A model generated the notes under the pieces. That model saw nothing but the letters and a program-made list of their open reading frames with translations, was not told the DNA's origin and made no database searches. From an uncultured Clostridium sp. (GTDB lineage: Bacteria; Bacillota; Clostridia; TANB77; CAG-508), in the NCBI GenBank assembly GCA_964634355.1, contig CAZWIF010000001.1, positions 1 to 50,389 of the forward strand: a DNA stretch of 50,389 nucleotides, read 5' to 3'. The position numbers were made by a program, and so were the translations under genes. Positions 1-6,766 of the stretch are shown here, in pieces. Every line of letters starts with the position of its first letter. Position 1 is the stretch's first letter.

Positions 1-173
1 GTTTGCGGAGGTCGTCCTTAAGAATATTAAGGAACATTTAAAAGAAAGTGACCTAGTGAAAGCTGAAAGCCGCCAGTCAACTTGAGCCGCCAAGCGGAAC
101 AACCAGACCTTTTTATTTTTTTTTGTAAAGATAAAGAAAAGGATAGCCCCAACCAAAAAAAAAGCCAAAATAA

Positions 174-205
174 AAACGTGAACTTAAATAGCACGTTTTC
201 TTTGT
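174..205. terminator. Candidate bidirectional rho-independent terminator
   Basis: 7-bp stem AAACGTG (174-180) / CACGTTT (192-198). The + strand continues TTTTCTTTGTT. The - strand continues TTATTTTGGCTTTTTTTTT. Confidence 0.45.
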
Positions 206-312
206 TAGTGTCTACTAAATGATTGAGATAACCATATTGCTCTTTTTGTACCAGGCTTCTTATAATTTTTTTTAGTATTATTTGCATAAAGCCAGAAATA
301 AAATAAACACAT
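205..312 (-). CDS. Small 35-aa ORF (MCLFYFWLYANNTKKNYKKPGTKRAIWLSQSFSRH), hypothetical
   Basis: ATG at 312, preceded on the - strand by GAAAGGAGA about 9 nt upstream. Stop TAA at 205-207, directly followed by the 174-198 hairpin plus T-run. A - strand promoter lies at 372-400. Below the ORF-track size cutoff. No homology recognised. Confidence 0.3.
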   Translation of the reverse strand: MCLFYFWLYANNTKKNYKKPGTKRAIWLSQSFSRH

Positions 313-371
313 AACTATTCGTCTCCTTTCTGGAATGAATCTATCTGATTCGTCCTCCCTTTGTTTTCTAT

Positions 372-400
372 AGTATAGCACATAAATTTTAAAAAGTCAA
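372..400 (-). promoter_or_regulatory. SigmaA-like promoter on the - strand (-35 TTGACT, 17-nt spacer, TGc-TATACT)
   Basis: Reverse complement of 395-400 is TTGACT and of 372-377 is TATACT, with a 17-nt spacer and a TG at -15/-14. Divergent from the + promoter at 410-438. Confidence 0.45.
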
Positions 401-409
401 ATCTTTATC

Positions 410-438
410 TTGACAAAATCAATCAATTATGATAGTAT
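410..438 (+). promoter_or_regulatory. SigmaA-like early promoter (-35 TTGACA, 17-nt spacer, extended TGa-TAGTAT)
   Basis: TTGACA at 410-415, TG at 430-431, TAGTAT at 433-438. Sits about 55 nt upstream of the first + strand gene. Confidence 0.55.
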
Positions 439-492
439 ATATTTAAGATAGCACAGCAGAGTAAAATGCAACCTTATAAAAAGGAGGAGGAT

Positions 493-798
493 ATGATAGA
501 AACATTACCTGAGTTTGATAATCCAAATATGTATCAGATGTTAGACATTGGCAAATATATATATGCTATAGAAACTTATGAGAAGGGAAAGAAACTTCCT
601 CAGTATATATTATGTAACAAAGAGAATCCATTTATACGTCTGGGTATAATTAAATGGTATGGTGCATGGAGAAAATTCTGTTGGTTTACAGATGGAATTT
701 TTGATGATATAGTGTTCGATAGCAAGTGTCTAAATGATATAGAGAGTTTTTTGGATAAATTAAACAAGATGCACAGAAAAGGAGAATTTAACAAATGA
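493..798 (+). CDS. Hypothetical early protein (101 aa)
   Basis: ORF 466-798. The internal ATG at 493 is preceded by AAGGAGGAGG, so it is the preferred start. Confidence 0.6.
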   Translation: MIETLPEFDNPNMYQMLDIGKYIYAIETYEKGKKLPQYILCNKENPFIRLGIIKWYGAWRKFCWFTDGIFDDIVFDSKCLNDIESFLDKLNKMHRKGEFNK

Positions 799-1031
799 CA
801 AGAGAAGAGCTAAAGAATGCTTTTAGTGAAGCTAAAGAAAACAAATGTGGGATATGTGTAGAGATACAGATGCCGGGTCAGAAAACAAACGAATTGATTA
901 TAAATGATTGGAGTGCTTTAGATAATAAATTGGAATATTATTTAAAAGCGTATGATGAAAATCTGGTACACTCTATGAATAACCAAATTAAAATAGTTAA
1001 AGCATATCCTTGTGATTATTATCAAGGTTAA
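795..1031 (+). CDS. Hypothetical early protein (78 aa)
   Basis: ATGA start/stop overlap with the upstream gene. Same strand and tight packing. Confidence 0.55.
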   Translation: MTREELKNAFSEAKENKCGICVEIQMPGQKTNELIINDWSALDNKLEYYLKAYDENLVHSMNNQIKIVKAYPCDYYQG

Positions 1032-1055
1032 GGATAAGAAAGGAAACAAATAATT

Positions 1056-1268
1056 ATGAAAGAATATTTAGTAGAAGTTGTTAAAGTTATGCGTCATTGG
1101 GTCAAGGCTGAAAATGAGGAAGAAGCAGAAGAACTTGCTGAGAATATGGAAGAGGATGAAAATGTCGATATTGAAGACATTAGAGTTATAGATGAAAGAG
1201 AAATAGAGGATGAAAATGACTATTTACAATATTTAGATGATGATGAAGAAATAGAAGAGGAGAGATAA
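1056..1268 (+). CDS. Highly acidic 70-aa early protein (about 45% Asp+Glu)
   Basis: Translation MKEYLVEVVKVMRHWVKAENEEEAEELAENMEEDENVDIEDIRVIDEREIEDENDYLQYLDDDEEIEEER. Located in the early operon. Confidence 0.6.
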   Translation: MKEYLVEVVKVMRHWVKAENEEEAEELAENMEEDENVDIEDIRVIDEREIEDENDYLQYLDDDEEIEEER

Positions 1269-1269
1269 T

Positions 1270-1659
1270 ATGAGACAAATTAGATATGAAGCAATGATTG
1301 TTGGCGGTTCCAGTCAATGTAGCACATTAAGATTATCTGATTATGAGAGCCGTCAAGAAAAAATTCAAACAGCAGAATCTCTTGCTAGAGAGATGTTATC
1401 GAGGTCTATGAATTGGATAATAGATGGAAAAGAGATTTTTACTCAAATTAATGCTCTCTTAGAGCTTGTTAGATGTCTCAAGAAAGAAAATGAGGATGTT
1501 TTTATCCATTTAAAAACACATAATTATAATTATAACTTTCTAAGAGGGGCATCTTTAACAGACGAAATATTAGATTGCTGCGATATATTAACTGACAAGG
1601 ATGGGGTTAATATAGACCTGAGAGCTAATAATATTATTTATTTGGAGGTATCAGAATGA
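1270..1659 (+). CDS. Hypothetical early protein (129 aa)
   Basis: Long ORF starting 2 nt after the previous stop. No motif recognised. Confidence 0.55.
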   Translation: MRQIRYEAMIVGGSSQCSTLRLSDYESRQEKIQTAESLAREMLSRSMNWIIDGKEIFTQINALLELVRCLKKENEDVFIHLKTHNYNYNFLRGASLTDEILDCCDILTDKDGVNIDLRANNIIYLEVSE

Positions 1660-2207
1660 ACCATATTGAAAATTTAAAAGAATATATTGATGAAGATGAA
1701 ATTTATCAAAAATATAAGAAAGAAGGAATCACAGATGATATGAGTGACTTTGACAAGTTTTGCATAGAACATTGTGAGGATATAGAATCTGTTATAGAGG
1801 ATTTTTATAAAGAAGCTAGTGATAAAGAAAATCTAAAATTTTATTATAAAAGTAAAGATTTTGATAAAAATGATGGAGTAAAATTAAGTGACGAAAACAT
1901 TCAAGAAATGATAAATAGTGTAACTAAAGGAATAAAGAAGCAAGGGGACTATTATTACTCTGCTACTGGTGATACTATTGTAATTGGATTTAGGCATAAA
2001 GATGAAATTGATATATATGTATGTAAAAACTATGAATTAGCGAAAGCTATATTAGATGAGGACGGCAATTGGGAGAAAATTGATTGGTCTAGGGATTATG
2101 AAGAAGAGGAAATTCGTGAAAAATACGAGGAATTTTCAAGAGATGAGCTTATAAAAATGCTTATAGAAGACCGAAGACCGCAATATAATCCACGAAAAGA
2201 AGTCTAA
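1656..2207 (+). CDS. Hypothetical early protein (183 aa, acidic)
   Basis: ATGA overlap with the upstream gene. No motif recognised. Confidence 0.55.
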   Translation: MNHIENLKEYIDEDEIYQKYKKEGITDDMSDFDKFCIEHCEDIESVIEDFYKEASDKENLKFYYKSKDFDKNDGVKLSDENIQEMINSVTKGIKKQGDYYYSATGDTIVIGFRHKDEIDIYVCKNYELAKAILDEDGNWEKIDWSRDYEEEEIREKYEEFSRDELIKMLIEDRRPQYNPRKEV

Positions 2208-2294
2208 AAAAGACCAAAAAAAAGTATAAAATAGACAAAAACGGTCTTAAAAACCCTTAAAAATAGCATTTTTTTACTAGAAAGAGGTGATTTT

Positions 2295-2672
2295 ATGATA
2301 GAAATTAAGAATATTTGGGCTGGATGGCTAACATTTCAGCTTAATTATGGTAATTTAGCTTCTAAATTTACTGTTAGCTATTTAGATGACTTTAGAGCAG
2401 AAATGAATTATTTATTAGGCATAAATAAAAAGTATGATTATAAATATGGGATAGAAAGCAGGGCTATTACGTTAGACGGGGAAGGCACTCTATTAAAACT
2501 TAGTATCTTAAAAACCGAATATGAAGATGATTTAACTCTTGTGTGGTGGCTAGATGATGAAATTCCTGTTTGTATGGTATTTGATTATGATAGTTTTGTT
2601 AAAAGTTATCTAAAAGAAATGTGTAGGGTTGAAGAAACATATAAAAAAGAATTTTTGATGAATTACGATTAA
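2295..2672 (+). CDS. Hypothetical protein (125 aa)
   Basis: RBS AGAGGTGA lies 5 nt upstream of the ATG. Confidence 0.55.
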   Translation: MIEIKNIWAGWLTFQLNYGNLASKFTVSYLDDFRAEMNYLLGINKKYDYKYGIESRAITLDGEGTLLKLSILKTEYEDDLTLVWWLDDEIPVCMVFDYDSFVKSYLKEMCRVEETYKKEFLMNYD

Positions 2673-2684
2673 GAGGTGAGTTTT

Positions 2685-2888
2685 ATGAAATTGATAGGAA
2701 AGGTATTTTTGTTATCAATTATATTTGCTTTTGCCGTATCAACTGTGATATTTCCGGCTGTAATGCTGTTTTTATTATATTATTTTCCTGAAGAACAGGT
2801 AGATTGGATATATTTAATTTTTACGGCGGGGTTATGGCTATTAATTTTTTTAATAATATATATTGTGGTAAAGAGGGAGAAAGATTAA
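2685..2888 (+). CDS. Small membrane protein (67 aa, two predicted TM helices)
   Basis: RBS AGAGGTGA lies before the ATG at 2685. Hydrophobic stretches LIGKVFLLSIIFAFAVSTVIFPAVMLFLLYYF and IYLIFTAGLWLLIFLIIYIVV. Confidence 0.55.
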   Translation: MKLIGKVFLLSIIFAFAVSTVIFPAVMLFLLYYFPEEQVDWIYLIFTAGLWLLIFLIIYIVVKREKD

Positions 2889-2889
2889 A

Positions 2890-4137
2890 ATGACTAAAAA
2901 TTATGAGATAACAATAAGTCCTAATTATGTTAATAATTGGGGTATAAATGAGGCTATAAGAGAAATACTTCAAAATGCTATCGACGGGGATAGAAATGGA
3001 TATGAAAAAAATATATATTATAGTGGCAATACTTTATATATAAGCAATAAAGATATTTCATTGTCGGCTAAAGATTTGATATTAGGATGCTCTAGTAAGA
3101 CCGAGCAAGACGGAATGATAGGAAAATATGGTGAAGGATTTAAACTTGCTTTGGCTGTTCTTCTTAGAAAGGGCATGAGTGTGGTTATTAATAATGGTAA
3201 TAAAGCATGGATTCCATCTTTTAAAATTAGCGAACAATTTGAAACACAGGTTTTAAATATAGAGGAAAGTGATGGTGGAAATGGGGGAGAACTAACATTC
3301 ATTATTAGCCCAGTTGATGAACAACTATATAAATCATTATTAAATTATTTTCCTTGTATAAATAATAGCTTTGGAAACGTTGTTAATTGTGATAATGGGC
3401 AGATATTGTTAGATAAAAAATTTAAAGGAAAAATGTATGTAGAGGGATTATATATCCAAACAGATTATAATTTCCAATATGGATATAACTTTAATTCAGA
3501 TGTTGTCGAATTAGATAGAGATAGAAAGGCAATTAATTATTATGAATTAAGAGCCCTAACTGCACAATCAATTGTTACAGCAGAAGAATGTAATAAAGAA
3601 ATCTTTGATGCTATTACTGATAGCTGCATCGATGTGAGAGATATAAAAGAGGTAATAGATGAAGCTAGTGAATCTTTCCTAGAAGAGTATAGGGAGCAAT
3701 TTTATGAAGAAAAAGAATTAGAAGAAAATACTCTTGTTGCAACAGAATCTGTTATGAAACAACTTAAACAGATGGATATAGATGTCCCCATTGTAGAAGG
3801 AACAGAGATTCAAAGCTATTTAATTGCTAAAGCTAATGATAAATTGGGCATAATAGAAGAAGCTAAAGAGGCTATTAAGAACAAGAGTGAGACGGAAGAG
3901 GCTTTAGACGATTTCAAAAATTCTAAATATGCAAGGTTAATGAACTGGTTTTATACAAACAAGCGTTATTTACCAAAAAAAGCACAAATTCCATTTCTTG
4001 ATATAACGAAATCTATGACGCCGTATGGATTTTATAAAATATCAGATTCCATTCCTGAAGATTTTGATTATACTGATAATAGTATCGAAGAGTTAAAAGA
4101 AGCAATTTTAGAATTAGAAAAAGAAAAACGAGTTTAA
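2890..4137 (+). CDS. GHKL-superfamily (HATPase_c-like) ATPase domain protein, 415 aa
   Basis: N-box-like AIREILQNAIDG and G-box-like GKYGEGFKLA in the N-terminal 90 aa. The C-terminal half is acidic and coiled-coil-like. Confidence 0.55.
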   Translation: MTKNYEITISPNYVNNWGINEAIREILQNAIDGDRNGYEKNIYYSGNTLYISNKDISLSAKDLILGCSSKTEQDGMIGKYGEGFKLALAVLLRKGMSVVINNGNKAWIPSFKISEQFETQVLNIEESDGGNGGELTFIISPVDEQLYKSLLNYFPCINNSFGNVVNCDNGQILLDKKFKGKMYVEGLYIQTDYNFQYGYNFNSDVVELDRDRKAINYYELRALTAQSIVTAEECNKEIFDAITDSCIDVRDIKEVIDEASESFLEEYREQFYEEKELEENTLVATESVMKQLKQMDIDVPIVEGTEIQSYLIAKANDKLGIIEEAKEAIKNKSETEEALDDFKNSKYARLMNWFYTNKRYLPKKAQIPFLDITKSMTPYGFYKISDSIPEDFDYTDNSIEELKEAILELEKEKRV

Positions 4138-4152
4138 TTACTCGTCTTTTTT
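4124..4152. terminator. Bidirectional rho-independent terminator between convergent genes
   Basis: Stem ACGAGT (4128-4133) / ACTCGT (4140-4145), loop TTAATT. An A-run lies upstream and CTTTTTT downstream. It spans both stop codons (4135-4137 on + and 4138-4140 on -). Confidence 0.6.
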
Positions 4153-5340
4153 ATTTATCCAATCTAATAAAAGCTCTCTCATTCTTTTTGATGGAATATA
4201 TACTATTATAGGTTTGCCATCTCTTATTGCACTTCTATATATAAATTGTATTAATTCTGATAGAGCATAAGAATCTTCATCAACCTTGATTCCTTCGTTC
4301 TCAAAGAAATGTTTTAATGTTGGTTTCATATAGCGATTTGCTATATATGCAACTGCCGTTGTATTTTTATAATCATTGGTTGCTCTTATATTTATTGGAA
4401 CAAATGCTTTTACATATCCTTTGCCTTTTACATCATCTTTATATTCTTTAAAGGTAGTCCATATTTTTTCATCTATTAAGGTGCCCTTTACTATGTGTTT
4501 AAAGAAATTACTTATATTATTTTGTAGTTTTTTCATTATGATATTATTTTTATTTCTTTTAAACCAAGACATTGAAAGAGAGCCTCTATTATTACCTATT
4601 GAATTAAGCTTTTCATCTGATATAACAGTTATAAGTTTTTTTTGCTCCTCATAATTATATTCTTGAGGCTCATCTGTTAAATTAAAATCTTTAACATATA
4701 AATTTTGTATATCGACATTATTATATTCATAATATGCTTTTTGTCCATTAAACATATAAGTTAAGATATAAACATCTTTGAAGGCTTGAAAAATTTCTAT
4801 AGGAAAAGTATTAACTAAAGCCATTACTTCTCCGGAGCTAGAAAGATGAGCTTTTACTCCTCCTAATTCTATTAGATTTTTATAATCAATAAAACGTCCT
4901 TCATAATCGCTTTTTTCTTCTTTCCATTTAACTGCCATATTTTCATCTATAATGATATATTCTTTAGCTAAAGTTGCAAGGTCATTTTTTGTTATTTCCA
5001 TTTCATCTATGACATCTGCTGTTTCATCAATTACTAAAATATAATCATTAAACTTAGTAAGGTCTAGCAATTTATTACTCAATTTTTGGAATAGTGCGTG
5101 TGTAGAGATAACATTATAACCTTTTTCAATAAGTCTGATTAAATCTTCTGATTTAGTAGGAGCTTCTTTTGGTTCCTGAAAATTTCTTTCTGAACAGGAA
5201 TCTATGATTCTAGTTACCTCTGTTAAAAATGGTGTTATATAAAGAAATTTTTCATTATCATTTTTGCTACTATTTATAAAGTTTATCATTGCCGTTGTTT
5301 TGCCAACACCGCATCCAGCATCAACTACTTTTATTTTCAT
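4138..5340 (-). CDS. SF2-helicase-like P-loop NTPase (400 aa)
   Basis: Walker A DAGCGVGKTT, DExx-like ILVIDETADVI, and motif VI-like QFIYRSAIRDG near the C-terminus. The ATG at 5340 is preceded by GGAGGTG and overlaps the upstream stop by 1 nt (TAATG). Confidence 0.6.
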   Translation of the reverse strand: MKIKVVDAGCGVGKTTAMINFINSSKNDNEKFLYITPFLTEVTRIIDSCSERNFQEPKEAPTKSEDLIRLIEKGYNVISTHALFQKLSNKLLDLTKFNDYILVIDETADVIDEMEITKNDLATLAKEYIIIDENMAVKWKEEKSDYEGRFIDYKNLIELGGVKAHLSSSGEVMALVNTFPIEIFQAFKDVYILTYMFNGQKAYYEYNNVDIQNLYVKDFNLTDEPQEYNYEEQKKLITVISDEKLNSIGNNRGSLSMSWFKRNKNNIIMKKLQNNISNFFKHIVKGTLIDEKIWTTFKEYKDDVKGKGYVKAFVPINIRATNDYKNTTAVAYIANRYMKPTLKHFFENEGIKVDEDSYALSELIQFIYRSAIRDGKPIIVYIPSKRMRELLLDWINKKDE

Positions 5341-6050
5341 TATACACCTCCGCTTGATAACCATTTTTTAAATTCTTCTAATATTCTGTTATCATTTCCA
5401 AGATAATATTGATAAAGCAAATCTAATCCATCGTGGTTATAAATATATTGAATATTTTTATTTTTGCAAACGAAATCATTTCCTGTACATTGTCTGCAAT
5501 CATTGGCAAGATAATTGTTTCTTGTGATGAAGTAATCTTTGTTATAAGGATAATAAAAACCGCAATTCCTGCATCTTTTCCATAAAGTATCTTTTTTTAT
5601 ATTAAAGTCCCTTGTTAAACATATTATACTCCACACATCATATTCTGATAAATCGGGCTGATAACCAATAAATTCTTGACTATTAACAGAAGTTATACCA
5701 AAAAAGTTTTGAGCGGCAGCAAGATATTTTTGTTTTACCATCAATTTCTTGGGGGTATCTTTAGCTATTGTTAAATTTCTAAGTATTAAACACATACCTT
5801 CTGTGCTTATAAACCAAGCTTTGACTGCCTTATCTTTGGCATTACTTTTAGGATTTATATATTCTATTACTCTCATGTGCTTATTATACTCTGGTTTATC
5901 TCTATAAACAGATGGGGAAGTTCTCCTAAACAGAACATTGCTAAAAAATGAGCTTAAAGGATACCAATATTCATTAGTATCTTTTTCTAAAAGTCTATAA
6001 GTTGTAACACTTAATATTTTATATTCTTCTAATTCATATTTTTCAGACAT
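5340..6050 (-). CDS. Bro-N-like DNA-binding domain plus Cys-rich (CxxC...CxxC) C-terminal domain protein (236 aa)
   Basis: AWFISTEGMCLILRN resembles the Bro-N/antirepressor core. CRNCGFYYP...CRQCTG is a zinc-ribbon-like pair. Start placed at ATG 6050 because the region 6051-6137 holds both divergent promoters. Confidence 0.45.
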   Translation of the reverse strand: MSEKYELEEYKILSVTTYRLLEKDTNEYWYPLSSFFSNVLFRRTSPSVYRDKPEYNKHMRVIEYINPKSNAKDKAVKAWFISTEGMCLILRNLTIAKDTPKKLMVKQKYLAAAQNFFGITSVNSQEFIGYQPDLSEYDVWSIICLTRDFNIKKDTLWKRCRNCGFYYPYNKDYFITRNNYLANDCRQCTGNDFVCKNKNIQYIYNHDGLDLLYQYYLGNDNRILEEFKKWLSSGGV

Positions 6051-6066
6051 AACATCACCAATTGTT

Positions 6067-6095
6067 ATTTTATCATATTTATTGGATATTGTCAA
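6067..6095 (-). promoter_or_regulatory. SigmaA-like promoter for the - strand cassette (-35 TTGACA, 17 nt, TGa-TAAAAT)
   Basis: Reverse complement of 6090-6095 is TTGACA and of 6067-6072 is TAAAAT, with a 17-nt spacer and TG at -15/-14. Confidence 0.55.
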
Positions 6096-6103
6096 TAATC
6101 TAA

Positions 6104-6132
6104 TTGACAAAAATGGCTTTTTATGGTATAAT
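6104..6132 (+). promoter_or_regulatory. Consensus sigmaA-like promoter (-35 TTGACA, 17 nt, TGg-TATAAT)
   Basis: TTGACA at 6104-6109, TG at 6124-6125, TATAAT at 6127-6132. It lies 36 nt upstream of the TTG start at 6168. Confidence 0.7.
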
Positions 6133-6167
6133 ATCATTGATTAGAATAGAGGAAAGGAGGAAGCACT

Positions 6168-6752
6168 TTGAAGACGATTTACTTAGATTTTGATAATACT
6201 ATAGTCGAAAGTAATAAAAGAATTATAGAGATGTTAAATGAGAAATATGGTACATCTAAAACGGAAGAAGATTTATGTGATTATAATTATAATTCTATCT
6301 ATCCTATAAGTGAATCTGAAAAGACAAAAATGTTTGAGAACGATGATTTTTATAATGGATTAGAGTTCAAATATGGTGTTTTAGATGTTTTAAATAAATA
6401 TAATAAATTTTATAACATAATTATATTGAGTATCGGGACAGAAGAAAATTTAAGAAAAAAGCAAGAGTGGCTTAAAAAGTTTCTGCCGGATTATCAGTTT
6501 ATTGGCATTGATGGACAAACAAGAAAGAAAAATAATATAAATATGGAAAATGCTATACAAATTGATGATAATTTTAGTTGCCTAAAGACAAATGCTGATT
6601 TAAAGATTCTATATAAGAGTTTTCATAACTTCCCGTGGCAAGAACCAACTTCTGATGAAGAGCTTATGATGGTCAACACTTGGGAAGAAATAGATTCAAT
6701 TTTGGATTTTTATAAAAAGTATAATTGCAAGACATTAGAAAAAATAAAGTAA
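6168..6752 (+). CDS. HAD-superfamily hydrolase, 5'(3')-deoxyribonucleotidase-like (194 aa)
   Basis: N-terminal IYLDFDNTIV is the DxDxT HAD motif I. Size and layout fit phage NT5C-like nucleotidases. TTG start with AGGAGG 7 nt upstream. Confidence 0.6.
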   Translation: MKTIYLDFDNTIVESNKRIIEMLNEKYGTSKTEEDLCDYNYNSIYPISESEKTKMFENDDFYNGLEFKYGVLDVLNKYNKFYNIIILSIGTEENLRKKQEWLKKFLPDYQFIGIDGQTRKKNNINMENAIQIDDNFSCLKTNADLKILYKSFHNFPWQEPTSDEELMMVNTWEEIDSILDFYKKYNCKTLEKIK

Positions 6753-6766
6753 GGAGGAGATTATTC

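Noticed and set aside
1-85. Open frame 2-85 ending TGA at the left edge, and the possibility that the 50305 ORF continues circularly into position 1.
   Set aside because: The window alone cannot show whether the molecule is circular or permuted. The two frames do not match: the 50305 frame would stop at 39-41. It is therefore not annotated.
27-287. 86-aa - strand ORF from the track.
   Set aside because: It reads straight through the 174-198 terminator hairpin and poly-A/T tracts and has no RBS. The shorter 205-312 ORF in another frame fits the signals better.
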